Positions 37,600 to 54,000 of a stretch of DNA of 64,000 bases are shown here, one piece after another (within the stretch, counting starts at the first letter, position 1; each line of letters opens with the position of its first letter). A model generated the notes under the pieces. It did not search any database. It was given only the letters and a program-made list of their open reading frames with translations, and was not told where the DNA came from. Position numbers and translations under genes: made by a program. The stretch comes from Obrimoposthia wandeli (Eukaryota), in contig CDROCS010003758.1 of the NCBI GenBank assembly GCA_977020255.1, positions 1 through 64,000 of the forward strand. Direction: 5' to 3'.

Positions 37600-39071
37600 T
37601 TACTAATTTTTATAAAACAAATAATTAATTTTTAAACAAACTTTGATTAGTCTATCAAAAATCTGTTTTGCTCTTTTCAATTATTTATGTTCTATTGATC
37701 TTCTCTTTTGAAAAATTATTTTTTAAAATTTCAAATCAGGTGAAAATAATTTAAAATAATAAAATATTTTACAAAATTTTAATTACATATTTTTCTAATA
37801 AAAGCCAAGTGCTTCAGATACGGTAAAATAAAGAATAAATATATTGGTGTAGAGCCAGGACTTAATGATGATGCATTATCGAATGTTTTATCTTCTGAAA
37901 AGGTTTTAAAATATTGTTTGACACACATTATATTTTGAAGAGTCTGATTTTGGCAATTTATGTCTCCGACTGGGAAATCTTAAATAGGCGACGATATAAT
38001 GACTTTTGCTGAAGAAGTAGAAATATTTTTTAATCCAGAGAATATAGCTCAAAACCTGAGATAATTGTGTCACCACATTCATGACGATCAATGCCGCCTG
38101 GAGATTTGAAGAGACAGATGAATTCTGAGATTCTAGCAAAGATCTTTGTCGAAAGAAAAAAAAGATTATATTTCTCAATCAATATAGAAGTCAAGTTGAT
38201 CTCAAACCGCAAGATCTGAAGACATTCGACTAATTGAAATACATAAAAATGAAACGTTATAATATTATGAAAGAGGTAAAACATAGGAAAAATTTGTAGC
38301 TGTCGCAAATAACTTCCGATAATCCCAGGCGGGGCTGCAAAGCTGCAGATTACACAAAGTAAAAACTATGAAGCAAACTCCGGGTACGTGAAGAATTTTC
38401 AAGAGACTTCTTATTCTCAAAATGTGCCAAATATATTTGATAAAAGAAAATCAGATAAAAAACGTCATAGACGAGTTTGGTGGACTTCACCCTTCTGCTA
38501 CTTAATAATCAATGGTAAATTTAAGGATGAAAGCGAGGGACAGGTTTCGTATGATCTAATAACAGGTTTGCTTGAATTAAATGTGCTAGTGTTTTATCAT
38601 ATGCAGAGTTGAAATATTCGATTTATAGCATAAACAACTGAAATTTATATATTGATAAAATATATTACAATGATATAGTTTAGAGAATATTGTTCATGAA
38701 ATAATGAGTGCAAATGTAGCCAATCGGAATTTATTCATCATTAACAGAATACAGCCGAGACAATGTCAAAGCAAATAGTCGTATCCACTTACATCAAGAT
38801 ATCAAGTGGTGTCAGGATTTAGATAAATCTGTCAATCTCAACAAGATTAATAAAATCATCCTCACGACTCCGGTTAAATTATTCAGTTCTACATGTTTGT
38901 ATTTGTGTAAACAACATCTACCATAAAAATATTTTTGTCTTGTTGATTTTATCACTATGAAATAAAAAAATAAACCGGTAAGCCAGATAGTTGAACATTG
39001 TCGAAGTGTTAAAATCCATTTAATATTCAAATTTTACTACAAAAAATACCACATTCTGTAGTTGTATGTCT

Positions 39072-42000
39072 TTAAACCATGATCTTTAAAAATAACAGTA
39101 TTGATAGAACCCAAATAAACTTTGAACTGAGGAGAGGCTTATCCTTGGGATTAATAAGTGAAATCTGCAAAAGTTGTTACAGCATTTCCGTTATTTGATA
39201 TGGAATCATATTCACACGATTAAAATGAGATTTTGATTTTGATAAAACAGATATTGTCTCTAAAACTATATTCCCAACCTCGTATAGTTCTTGCAGATAA
39301 AGTATTATTTTTATCTTCTTCTTTAAACAGTCGTCGAGCTTTCTCAAAATCATATGCAATGGAGTATCCAACTATCATTGTCATTTCTTTTGTTAGTAAA
39401 GCTTGGATAATTTTCGAGATAAAATTCATGCTGCTTCAATTCGTTAAAAGTTTAGGGGACAATTCAATGAATGTGACTGTATATTTTACAGAACTTATAT
39501 AATTTCAAAATCATCTCAAACCAGGAACAATGTCAGGTATCTGGTGAAATGAGGGCTGTCGTAATTTATCATAACGTCTGGATAAATATCAGAGCATTTT
39601 TATTTGAATTTTTAAAACCATTATTGTTGGGTTTCGTGATCCCAGATTTAAGACAGTCGGCACTACTCACCGGGGTCTTGGGACATGACACAAGCCGGAA
39701 TCTCCTGAGTACATAAACCAGGGCCAATTTTGCCTCCATCTGCGCAAACCGCATCCCCACACAGACTCGTGGTCCCATTCCGAATGGCATGAAGGCAAAC
39801 TGACTCTGTTTCTGCCTTTTCTCGGGGTCGAATCTGAAATATACGAGCTCAGATACGCGATAATGACCAGGGCTGAGGGTTCAGATTTGTAATGTTAGGC
39901 TCAGGAGAAAATAAGTTATCACGACCGGGAATTGAACCACACATTCTGCCACTGGACAACTGTGGCTCGTAATCTCTTCTGATAACCTAACGAAGAATTT
40001 GTGAATGGGGATTATGAAAATGATCATTTGTAAGTATTTGAATTTTATTTGATACTTATCTCAGCAGTATTATGAAAAATTGTGAGTTAAAACTATAGGC
40101 ATTTATTGTTTTTTAATATATAATAATCAAGAAAGAGGTGAGTTTTAAAGTTTTGGATAAATATTTTTCTCTTTTTTATTGAACTGTTTCTTCTTTAGGT
40201 GTCATAAAAATTAGAAGTTCACAATTTGCATAAAAAATATGAAATGAATTCTACATATAAAAGTAATTTCATTATCTGCTAGTTATCAGTATATAAAAAG
40301 TTATCGAAAGAAATATTTATGTGATAAATTTATAAATGTGTTTAAATATATTAAATTATAGAAACACTAACGTGATTATATGAATAAATACCAAATAAAA
40401 ATTAATTACCTAAAATATTAAATTGTTATTGGTTTAAAATAAACCTTACCAAATTCCTAATGGATTTTAAAATTCACAACACTATTTCAACTAGTGCGCT
40501 TAAATTTTTGGATTTAAATTATTTCAAGTAAACCAAATCATAAAATTTATTTTATAAAAATTTAATACATATAACTTTTTTATTATAAATAAATAGCAGC
40601 TAAAACTACATTTTTAATATTGCAATATATTATGTTTATCATATACTAAAATTTCACTGAGTTCTTTTATGTCCGTGCGAAACGATTCCTTGTCAGTCAA
40701 TTTGTTGTTTTATCTTCTTTTAATTTGTTATCGTAAACTTCAAGTGATTTATGATTCATTTCGGCATGCCGACGCTATTTGCACAGTTTGGAACTGATAT
40801 TTGATATTTGTAATTTTTTCGCCCAATACACCGAAACCTAAATTTGTTATAAAATAATTCTCAGAAATGTAGATACCATTTTTGTGCTTTCTTTAAACGC
40901 CGCTGACAATCCTTGTAGCCAATAATGCCTCGAAACTACCTCAATAGCAAACTTTGCACATAATTTTGCAAATTTTAACATTGATAAAAAAAGGTTTAAA
41001 TTGATACTAAATTTGTCGAATCAAAAGTGTCATAGTTTAGGAATGTTAAAATACAATTCTAAGCAACGAAAAAGCTCCGGACTTTTGAACCAACGTAATA
41101 CGTGTAGGTTTATTTATATTTTATTCTAAAATAAGTTTATTGGTTCAAGTTGGACTCTACTTCGTTTTCTGTTTGGGAGTTTACTATTGTCACCTTTAAG
41201 TAGTTAATGTAATTCTATTGATTATCGAGGCAGTACCTGTGGATGTCGAAGGTATCGGGATTGGGCCAGAGATCGGGGTCGTGGTGGATGGAGTATACCG
41301 GCACCATGACTGATTGGCCAGGAGTGAACCTCATAGCCCGGCCGGAACTTGTAGTAACCACCGCTTCTGCGGTACAGAGGCGGGCAAACCTCGATGCTGG
41401 TGGACAAATTCGCAGTGTCTCCTGGACTTTCTAGAGATTCTCCAGGTCTTCGTATGTCACCTCTTTCTGGGATGAAGATGAAATTCAGCTTTCGTTAACT
41501 CAATGAAACTAATCTACATTACTGGACAATTACTATGTAACTCGGGAATTTGCAGTGGAGGTCATCGTAGAGGGTCCTCACACTGACCTGGCGGGATATA
41601 ACATTATAAGTGATATAACTATTGAAAGGAATGACATAAATAAACGAAATTTACACAAAAACAATCGGAAATGTTAAAGCTACGGCTCAAGATCAAAACT
41701 CTTTTAACAAAACAGTTGAGTTTTCAATTATAGAACATGTATTAAATAAATTAGTCCACATCCCCTCCACTACAGAAAACAAAAAGAAATGAGCAAACAA
41801 AAATGCAAAAAGATATACAAAGGGTAACCAACAAAAACAAATTACCCGGGTTTTGGTGCGTCAACGTTGCTGCAGGACCTTAAAAATATCAAAGTTATAG
41901 GCTTTAACACAAGAAATACACAAATTAGATCAACTGGACCGGTCCTCTTCGGATACAAAAGATAACGGAATTGGCGTAGTACAGTTAGCTTAGTTTAAAC

Positions 42001-45000
42001 ATTGTCTTCTTCATCACCTATATACTTTTGTGAACTCTCGAAATTTTTGCAACAATAAACTCTACTAGAAACCAATACGAGCAGGTCATGTTTTAGTTGC
42101 TGATCGTACCTTATAAAACACATTTTATAACTTTATATGCAGTCTCATCTATATGTCACATCATTATTTTGTGAATAATTTTTTTACGGAATTTTAAATT
42201 TGAGGGTGACTGTGACTCAGAAAAATCTAAATAAATTGCTAATTTAAACAATCTTTTTAACATCAAATAAAGCTAATCAAAAGCAAGATTGCTAGGCCAA
42301 AATTAGTCTTATTTACTGAGAAACCTTCAACAAATTGATGATCATAGAAAACCTATTATTTTTTCGAACAAATGACAATCATTTACATTCCAGAATATCA
42401 CTTGGCAGTATTGCAGTGGAAAGCCCAAATGACCGCCATCGTGGGGAGACATGGCCAGTGCCTGCTCAATAGGAATTTTGGGTGTGTCGATGAAAAACTA
42501 GAGCCAGTTTATCTGATTGTTTTAGTAAAAAGAAAACCAAAATCTTAAAATCGAAATTATTTTCAGGCTTGTAGACGCGCAAATCCTAATCTCAGATCAT
42601 CAGTATTGACTTATCCTGCTTCCTCACTTTGAATTGATATAATTGCTAAACCAATCAATCTATCTTGGCTCATCGCTGACCTTAAATACGATTTCATAAG
42701 TTTTAATTTAGAAACAATTCTTTCACCACTCGCAACAGTCACATGCATTTTGAAAAAGATTCTTAAAGCAATACAGATGTTAGGAAATAATTCCATCAAG
42801 TTAGTTTCACAAATGTATTACAAGGTTTCTAGTGGCCCAAATGTTTCTTGAACTCCGTATGTTAAAGATTTCCTTTCGTAGAATAGCTCGTTTCCATTTA
42901 TGTCCCTGGATTCTCCTCTGTCAGATATTTTCCCAATTCATCACAATGCGATTTCGACCAATCTTTATCAACTTTTGAAATTGTGAAAAATAATTCAAAT
43001 GGCTCCAATGTTTCCTTAACTGAAAAAAATCATTCATATATCGTTTCAATGCAAGTTGCAGCAGATTATGTTATCTTTGATTTTTCATCTTGTACTACAT
43101 TTTTTGTTTTATCGATTAAAAGTATTGACTTTAAAAGTTACAATTTTTTCTTAAATAAATAAATCTTACATAAATTAATTTAAATTTCAAAATAATTCCA
43201 AATCATTAATTTTATTAACTTTAGTTTTATTTATTACAAAAGGTGTATGACGTATTTATTAATATAACCTACACATCATCAAAGAAAATAATTCTTTCAA
43301 ATCCAGTATTTTTTGAAATTTTGACTATTTAAGAGCATTCAAATAAAATTAATTTGATCTTTTATTTCAAAATTTCTCAGTTTTTGCAGTTATTTAGCAG
43401 ATTTGAATGTTACAAATGATGGGTTTTATATATTTACCTTTTTTAATATATTATTTTAATATTTAGAGGTGCTCATTTGAGACTATTTCCTTGGTAATCT
43501 TTCAGTAAATATTTTATAAAATTCATTGGATATATTTAGTTTGCCTTATCATAAATAATTTACATGCTCAACTTCAGGAAATCTATGATAAAAATCTGTG
43601 ACTCCATATCAATACATGCTTCATAGTGGTTTAGAATGATTTTTATCCCATTGATTTTGACGTTGTTGGTACTTACCTGAAATTGAAGTTTGTGTCTTTG
43701 TGTTCTGATATTTTAATACCGATTCTAACACTAAATTCCTCAACAACAAAAATAAACATATGAAAGAATTTGCTAATCTTCAAAATATCTCTGATGATCT
43801 GAGTTTCCAAAATAAGCAGAAGAGAATGATTCTCTATTTAGGTATCGTTTTTGTTTCATTTGAAAAAGTAATTTGAAATTTTGAGTATTATATGAAGATG
43901 GATTAAATAAGTAATAGTAACAAGACAACAAATTATAAGTAAAAGTCGACAAATGTAACACTCAACAAGTAGAAGAATTTGCCTAATGAAATGAACAATT
44001 TATTTAACAATTAAAATTCAATAAAAATATTATGTTAATGCTAACTGATAAAAACACTTAAAATATTAGAAAAAAAGTCACGATTACCGCTCTCTGCGGA
44101 AGATTGGAGATAGTTTTATGCGTGTTGTGCAGAAAAGACACCGAAGAATTCAGGAGTTCCCAATGGAAGTTAGGGGAAACATAATCTGACATTAACGGTT
44201 TTACATCTCGACTTTGCAAAGATTAAATACGGCTTGTTGAGATGTTTGTGATGATCATTTAATGATTTTTTTTTAAGATGAGCCTATCCAAAATTATTCG
44301 ACTTCGAAAGGCAAATAATTAGTGATTTTAATGAAGAAAATCAATAATTAACTTTTTTTATTAAACTATGTGATATATGTATTGATCCACTATTTTATTT
44401 AGCAGTAACAAATGTATTATTTAACATTACTTTAATGTTATTTAAAAAATTGTATATGCAGATAAAAATGAATTAATCACTTATATTAATTAACTTTATT
44501 CCAATATTGTTATTTTAAGAATATTGAATATTTTATATATAGTTAATTATATTTTATTACATTTTATTTATAAATTTAGTTTATGTATTTTTTTTTATTT
44601 GGCTTCAAGACATTTTTAATTTTTATATATTTATTGTTAATTAGTTTGTAAGAAAGTTATTGCTCAAAAGATTTAACTTATTTCAAAACCCAAAAGTATT
44701 CTGCTAAAAACATATTGCATTCGAAGAAGGGTTGATACAACACAGTTGTATATGTGTTTTCTACAATTTTTCCTGAGATGGTAGTATAGGCAAAATTATT
44801 TCCATTTTTGTTTGAAGACTTGCGATAGTCCACTAAACATCTGAACGTGAATGAAAGTCCTTCAGATTGAACATGTAGGTTTGTCAAACTGACATTCGTT
44901 AAATTATAGTATGGAAGTGTTGTTTAGAAAAGTGTAGAGCAGTATACACACATTTTACCACTACATCACAACTATCATGATAATTATGATTCCCAATACC

Positions 45001-48000
45001 AGTAGCTAGCTAAGTTGTGCTGACCTTGTTGCCGACAATGGAGACAATCTCTCTGTAGACCTCCTCCTGGGTGGCTGGGTTCATGGCCAAGTAGTAGGAA
45101 CAGAACGTCAGTGCCGATGCAGTTGTCTCAAATCCTGCTAAAAGGAACACAATAGACTGGGCCATCATTTCCTCCTCAGTGAGACCTTTGTACTGTTCCC
45201 CAGAGCTTTTGTCCGCTTCTGTCGTGCTTTGTTTCGAATCGACGAGTTCCTTGTTGGCCTTCAGCATGATTGCTAAAAAGTCGTGGTGATCCTGCATGTT
45301 ACATTGTATACTGGCCACTATACAGTCTTGTTTCATAAATGCGCAACCTTTCCCCGTATAGAACAGTAGGATTTTCCAAGGCTCTTCCTATTGGATGGAT
45401 GAATATTTGTTTAGATTTATATCCTTAGCTGATATATAGCCTTCTGAGAAATTTTTTCTTCTTGAAAATTTTAATTGACTTATAAACCTCTACTGCAGGG
45501 TATGAAATGTAAGTAAACCTTAATTTATTAAAATAGATTATGAAAAAATATACAGAAAATAGAACAATTGAAAATGAATTGAATTTAAAACTAATAAAAA
45601 TTGTTTACTCAAAGCGTATAACTTGAAAAATAAAATGATTTAACTATGTATCTATGTAAAAATGACCTATTACAGCATTAGTAAAAATATTTTGTTATTT
45701 GGAATTAATCATCACATTTCAATAGTTTTGATTCTAATATTTTAAAATCTGATTAATTTGCAACAAAATATATTTATTATATTCTATACAGCGAGGGCTA
45801 ATTTAATAAACATCGATAATTGTTGACCAAATAAATTACATCTGAGGTTTGTTTTCGCATATCAATGGCTTTAATCAGAGACTTTTCGAAAAATTTCATC
45901 GATTCAGCAGAGATCAAGCCATACGGGAAAAATTTCTCCATTACTGTTCCCATAAAAGGAAACATATCTGAAATTAGAGTGATACATTTTTAAAGGGTAT
46001 TAAATATACTTACTGATGAAAAATAGAAAAACATTCGATATACTAAAGTTGAAGAGTTTGTTGGCGTTTGTTATGAATGGATGGGTTTTATTTTTAAACA
46101 CATCGAGATCAATTCCAAACATGGTCTTGGCAATCACGTCCATTGTCAGAGACTGATAGATTCTACAATGAGCGGTTCAACATTTACATTAAGATTTATA
46201 AGAAAATATCTTATTCCATAATTGTTCATTATTTATGAGGCCGTTAAATTAAACTGCGACATCTTTAGAAAATGTTCAAAGGATTTTTTTAAAAACGAAA
46301 TAAAACCATATTGTAATCTACTACATTTATTTTTTCTATTTTTAATATTTAAACGACTCTTTTAAAATATGAATTATTCGATAGAAGAATTAAAGTCGTG
46401 TTGTGTGGTTATCAATACATGGATGTTTCAAAAGAACTGGACATGGACGCACAAATTAACAGGAAACATTATGTGGACTATTTAAAAACGGGCACAGTAA
46501 AAGCTCGCTATAAAAGTGGAAAACCAAAACTAATTGATTAAACATTTGAGAGAAGGATAATTCTTACTATTTAGTAAAAGAAACCATTTCGAGCCAGTGT
46601 GAGATGGAGAATAAATATTTATGCATCAGCAACATCTATTAATTAGATTCAAGACAACTTTCTTCAACTCTCCCAATGGCATCCTCTGAAATCTAATATA
46701 AACATGGTAGAAAATATGTGGAGGTGGCTGAAGGTAAATGTTCTAAGTGAGATGAACTTGGGATAGTAATTAAAATATAATGGTACAAAATTTCACAAGT
46801 TATTATTTTAGTACTAAATATTAAAACATATTATTTTAAATATGTTTGTAATTTGAATACTAAAAAATGTGTACAATCTTCGAAAAAGATAACTTTTGTC
46901 CGAAGCAAAGATTTGACTACATGGATTGTAAAATAAACGAATAAACATTACTTAAATAAAATTATTTGATTAATGGATTGTCAGTTTATAGTATGTTTTC
47001 AACCAAACATTTATCAATATAATCATGTTTAGTTCATTTTCAGAAAGAAGTCCAAAGGTTTGGCCATTAACTGCATTCTGAAATTTAGTTTTATTAATGT
47101 TAAAAATTAAAAAAAACTTATTTATTAATATAACCTATATACATAATATAGATTTTTTTTTCAAAAATTAGTTTTGTTTAAAATTTTGATTAAAAATATT
47201 TTTTATCAACATTTCTCAGCTTTTACAGGTAGTACCAGATATAAATGATAAAAATGATGTATTATAAGCTTTGTTTAAAATTGAATATTTTATTATTATC
47301 CACAATTTTGAGCACAGTTCATTTTGTAGTCATTTTGTATATTTGTAAATACCTAGCATTACTTATTCGTATTGTTTAATTAAATTTTTTAATCTAAATA
47401 TAGTTTCTTGAATTTGTTAAAAAGTTAGTTTAGCGGTTCGGTTACTTTTAGGTCACTCTATATTATGCACATGTTTGTTTTATCTTAGTTTTTATTTTGT
47501 AAACAATGCAAAGTCCAAATGATACGTTACAACAAAATCATTTCTTCTAATTATATTAAGAAAATTGTCTTTAAAATATGAAAACACACAAGGGAGCCAA
47601 TATTTAATGAGTTTATTTTAATAATAACATCTTACAACTAAAAAAGTGAACCCATTTATAAATGTACTAAACAAAAAATGATTTTGTTTTATATAATGTT
47701 CGTTTATTATTTGTAAAGTGTGCAAATTAAGGTGTAATTTGATTTAATATTTAACCATTTTGATGTAGGTATTATTTTTTTATTTGAGATTTTTGAAATT
47801 AATACCAAAAAATAAAGATATGGGAAAAATATGTACTGTAAAACCTTTTATGATGGAAAATATACCAATATCTCGGAAAATAGCAGAATATGGTGGTTCA
47901 ATGGAAAGAAAGTTAAGAAGTGGGAAACCAATACGTATCGCCACGAAAGGAACTGTACGTAGAGTATCAATATTGCTAAATAACACCAGTGGTGTCTCAT

Positions 48001-51000
48001 AAAAATCTGTGGCTACAAACGTAATTGCACCCAACAACGTGTTTCTAGAATAATAAAGAAACCTAGTAATATTAAATGTCTAAGAAAGAAAATTAAACCA
48101 AAACGAACGTCTAAGCAAATGAAAGCATTGCGACTAAAGTACAGAAGGCTGTACAACAAATACAAAAAGTGTACATTATCTGGGAAAAGTATATATTACT
48201 ACAGACGAACCAAATAATTCTCCATATTTTTTAAAATTTAGTTTTGCATCAAAATATGAACGTGAAGTTTTAGTTTGGATTGCTATTTCAAAACTTGGTA
48301 TGCTAGACCATATTTTGCAACTAAATGTTAAAATATTAATCAGTATATATATTTGGGAAAATTTATTAAAGATATATTAATTCCTTTTATTAATCAGCGC
48401 CAAGAATATTCTGGTCAGATCTGGCAAGCTCCCATTATGCCGAAAAATGTAGTTGAATACCTAAATAAAAATTGTATTCAATTTGTCTCGAAATCTGAAA
48501 ATCCCGCTAACACCCCCGAAAGTGGTCCAATAAAGAATTTCTGTGTTGATTTGAAGTGCATTATATGAATTCATTATAGTACTAAAACTATAACTTTTAG
48601 TTTTGTCCATTTTTTTAACTTTCAAAAGTTATGTAAAAAAGTTACAGCAATTTATTTATAATATCAACATTAAGAAAAGTTTGGATTGAAATTATGTTCC
48701 AAAGCAGTTTTATAAAAATTATTATGAATTTTAGCGAAACTTGAGATGATCTTACTCTTTGACATTCGTGTCCTGGTTGATGAATTCCGCAAACCGCTTC
48801 TCCATATTATCGATACTTGCCAAAAGCATAGGAGACATCTGAACAGGGTCAACGTCAATGTTTTTAAGATCTGCACACAAGTTTGTGCAACACGCGTGTT
48901 TTAGTATGATTGTATGTAACAATTAAAATATCGAATTCCAATATGTACGAAATTATTTAAAAATATACTATAAGTAGAAAGCATACAAATTTAAAAGCCA
49001 CTTTTCATTTTTTTATGATGACAATAATTTATCGATTTAGGAATTTCTATTTTGTGGCATTGTTACATTCATTGTTTAAACATAGACGAAATTCCCCTAG
49101 CATATCGCTTCTCTGTTAATGCTATTTACGGGTAAAACATTTCACCATGCGCATCACTTAAATCACCTAAAGTTTCTGGAATAAAATCTGAATGAGAATA
49201 AAAGAAAACGAGATTTTAATGACATTCATCAACCGAGATTATCTCTACAAATTGCTTCATCAATGTCAGAAAAAACTTTAAAAAATTATTCAACTTAAAA
49301 TCTATTCGTGGGGAAGAATTTCAGGGGTGTGTTTGAAAGCAGAGAAAAAATTGAATTCAGATTCTTTTATTATCATTAATTAACATGAAAAGTAAAATTT
49401 TGTTATAAAAACGTTTTCATCAATATATTGTGGAAATAGAGACGCTACCAAGTGCGATAGATATCCAGTATGTCGACCGATTATTTCTGGAGTTTAAAAC
49501 AAGATCTTTGCTAACCAACTACAACAACTATTAACAAAATTATTCATTAAAATGTGTGTATATTTGACGAGAGAAGTAGGTGTAATGCAGATTTAATAGT
49601 GGTTTTATTCGAATCAGCACAACGATAGGTTTGTTTTGTCCAGTGAAAATATAATAAATATGAATTTATAGTTAAGGGGAAAACGAACTTTGTAAAAATC
49701 ATGGCAGATAAATATTGAACAAATTTCAGTTACTTACAAATTGCAAATTCATAATCCCTATTCAAAAATGCTAGTTGGTTCATCGGGATGAATGACGAGC
49801 CATTGTTTTTAGGTCATGGAACGAGTAACAAATTGGAACCAAAAAGACAGACGTCAAACTCTATTCGGAATTTAATTTGTTCCGTTTATAGACCCATTTA
49901 TCCAGGATGTCGTGTCTAATTCCAATTTTTGAAGAAATTGTTTGTCTAAGAAAACAGGTTAAGCCTTAAAAGTAAGATAATTTTTTTCACAAATGGCTTT
50001 TTGGACGACTTATTTTCAGGTTTAACTTCAAGGACTTCAGAATTCCTTTGGGTAGGAGATCAAGCTAGACTCTGATTCTACTGGTTCTGGCATATCCTCA
50101 CCACAAATCCTAAACAAAGTCCCTCGTAAATCCCTGTTGTACACATCCCATTCTGGTATACTCGTGCTCCTAACGAGCTCCCTCGGCTACAACTATTTAT
50201 TTCCCAACGGGAAGACCTCTAAAAAAATATCAAAAATATCAAAAAGTAAACATTTTAAAATTTTATATAAAAGCAAAACAGAATTACAATTATACAAAGA
50301 AGATAATTTAATATTATTTCTAATACCTTTTTAAGTTTTCCAGATGTAAATGTGGGAGTCACGAGAGTTCTGACTCTTTGCCAGTCCTTTCCCTTTAGTC
50401 TCAACAGATTCTTCTTGCCAAGTTTTGAGTTTGCTGGTAAATTCTGCAAGAAAATTATAAGCAGTTCTGTTTATAAGATTATATTATTATATATATTTTA
50501 CTGAAAACCAATGATATCAATAGATCTTGGAAAAATTATTCAGTTTATTTTATAGAAGAATTTATTTTAAAATATACAAAATGATTTTGTTTAACGGTTT
50601 ATTATTTTCTCTATTTAAGTCTAAATGTTGTATTGAAAAAAAAATTATAAAAAATTATAAAAACAAATAAAGTTATTGTGGATTTAAAAACTTAAATTTC
50701 GGCGAATTTTTACAAGATGAATTTAAAACTCACTAATTAAACATTTTACATTATTTAATAAATCTTATTTATAATTTTTTTGTATCACCGTTGATTTTCC
50801 TTATCACACTTCATTTTGAAGTTAATGTGCGGATTCCTATAGTAAGTATTATTTATTTTACTTAAAATTGCATTAATTTATTATAGGTAATTCAAAACTC
50901 TGACGGTTATCACTAGGTGTAGTAATTCTGGGTTAATTGATTTTTGAAGGATTGTTTCAAAAGAAAATTAGTTTCTGATTCAATAAAGTATCTTATTTTG

Positions 51001-54000
51001 CCAAGAAAAAAGCGAAAGAAAGACAATAATAGAAATTTCTAAAAAGTTCCAACTAAGTATACTCCAAATATATAAAATTAAATCAAAACTGAAAGACAAA
51101 GTTTCAGGTCGGAAAAAAACAAAATAATACCAAAAATCTTTTTAATTTGAAAGATTGATGACACCATGAATGGTAAGAAAAATTTACTTATGATCGACTT
51201 AGAAATTTTTACCACGTCTTAGCGATACGTTAGGCCCAACTTACACATACCAGCTGGATAGTGCAAGGCCTCACCTAGTCAAAGAGGTTGTTGATGTCTT
51301 TCAAAGGCACCATATTTGTTTACTGAAAAAGGCTTTCAAATCTCCTGATTTAAATGTCATGGAATATATGTGGAAAATACTTAAAGATCGCGTTTATGAT
51401 GGACCTGAGTATGTCACAAAAGAAGAACTGTGGAATAAAAAGAAAAAAAAGTCAAAATCTTGATCAATGAAAAACCTGATATTTTATCTAATTTAATTCA
51501 AAATTTTGACGAAAAGTACTCAAATGTATCTAATTATTATTAAATTAGGTTTCAATAAAATTATATTTTGAGTAGTCGTTTTTCCAGCTTTTAAAAATGC
51601 GTAAAATGTTTAATTCGCTTGTTTATTTATTAGTATTATTACGTATTTTAATCATTAAATTAATTGTTTTTTATAACTATTTAAATAAGTAAAATTAACA
51701 AAACAGTGAAACTTAAAAGCCAGTTCTATTATTTACATAATCATTTTCAAATATTCATTACTAATTTCAAGGATAACCTCATTTATTTTACAAATGTAAA
51801 ATGTTTTATTCGTTAATTATCTATTACGATTACCCTTTAAATGTAAAAAAATTATCATCACGAGATGCCTTTCTTACAACTGCCGGCGCACGAAAGTGAT
51901 TAATTCAAATTTTAACATGAGTAACACGATCTCTATACACTGATTAATGTCCACTTAAATCTCACGCAAAACCGATAATATCACATGTTAGTTTAGACAA
52001 TTTTTAAAAATATATATATTTTTGATAAATAAAAGAGTTTCAGTTTCTCTTACATATTTTCGGTGAAATTTTAGTTTCAAAACCTTTACTGATTTTATTT
52101 AAGCAGTGTGTTTCATTCCATTAATTTCCTTTTCTGATTTTTAATACGCTGAAATGAAATGTGCTTCAATCATAAATGACATACTCTGCAATGATTGAAA
52201 AAAGATCTGCAGCTATGACAAACAGCAACAAGTCCCTACTGTGAAGGATTTAAGTAGCGTTTGGACCATTTTCTCAACACGAAGAAGAAAAGTGCAACTG
52301 CTTGCTGGATATTGTACTCAATGATCATTTTTTTTTCGAAGGAAATAATCCCAGACGGTAATCATCAATCTTAATCATTCTAATTTTTTACTTAAGAGAA
52401 AATAAGTAATAAAAGATGATAAAATAAAGTCTTGTTTTAAGTTTCTAATATTTCACATTATATGCTTATTTAAGTTATTTTAAAAAACCGTGACTTTAAA
52501 TAGGTTAAATACGATGTTGAGTTTGAGCATATAATTAATTATTTTGAAAGTTGTTTAATAAATAATTGGTTATTTATCTATATAATCAATACATAAAGGT
52601 AAAAATTAGCTCTTTCAAAACAAATTTCGTTCCAAATTTTGACTTTTTACAGCATATAAAAAAATTAATTTCACAAATTGGGTCAAATTTTCTCAATTTT
52701 TTATATGCATTTAGCAGATACGAATGGTAAATTGTTATCTTAAAAATATTATAGATTATTTTGTTTTTTCATATTAATGGATTAATGGATTTTTTTAATT
52801 TAAAATATACCAAATTATTAAGGTATATTTTTGACACAATGAAATGAAAAGATAAATTTATTATAAGATACATTTAAACATTGCAAAAATTTGCTAAAAA
52901 TCACAAAAATATCATTTACCATATCATTCTACAATGTTTTTAAAATAATTTTATGTTCTTGTTTATACGATACAAAGAATAAATTATCGAGAAACATTTA
53001 TGTTCAGTTATAAATAAGTTTTTTCCATTATGTAATAGTAAAATCCTTCATAATAATTGTCTGATCATCCCACATTCCACAGGTTATAGTCACTTCAAGT
53101 TAACTAAAAATAGAAATAGGGACAAAAATAGGCCTGTTTCCCAATCATCACAAACCTTTTACAATAAAATATCTTATCTCTGATGTCACCATCTCCAAAC
53201 CAGAGTTAAGGAACATGATCAGATTTGTAGAAAGTCTCTGATCACTGTTTTGCTGTGTAATTATGATTTAACCGGTTTCTATCGATGTGTTTGTGGTCCC
53301 TCATAAATATTTTAAGAATTATTTAGAAAGAGTGTGTGAGGCTCTGTGTATAAAAATGGCAGTCCTTCATTAAACATGCAAAAAGATTGCCTAAGCTGAT
53401 TAAATTATTTTACCGTGATTGCAAAATCTCACTATTTTGTTTATATTTAGTACTGACGATGGATTTTCAAGCCCTTGCATTCAATTATTTATTATGATTT
53501 AACAAAATGGAATAAATTTCTGAAATGAATTGGGTTATGAGAATTAAAATGACTCTGTTAAATTAGTTGTTAAATCTTCCTAATTTACAAAATTAACAAT
53601 GAAAACATTTTACTCAGTTCTATGGTAGATAATTTAGACAGTGTTAGTAATAAATTAATCTTACATTTAAACTTGTCATGTAACTTATTATAATTTCAAT
53701 TGTGCAGTATGTCGATTATTTAGTCGATAAAGATGAATCATGTGTATTCTTCCAAGAATCCATTACGGAATTTCACATTAAACGACGATCTTATATTTAT
53801 CAATTTTCGGATATAAATAGCTTTCTTGTAAATAAGACTTTCTATTGTCGTTTAAAATAATTGCCTTATGCAAATAAAAAGTTAACAAAACACATTCAAG
53901 CACTACTAGGTTCGATATTAAAAATATAATAAATTAAGTAAAAATCCCATTATCTGTACAAATACAAATACGGTTTTAATTTTAATTTTATCAATTGTTT

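Noticed and set aside
37800-38620. Plus-strand gene head-to-head with the ANK gene, including possible TGA-as-Trp recoding
   Set aside because: The frame also contains TAA and TAG, and the two copies disagree in frame; noise or decay is more likely than recoding.
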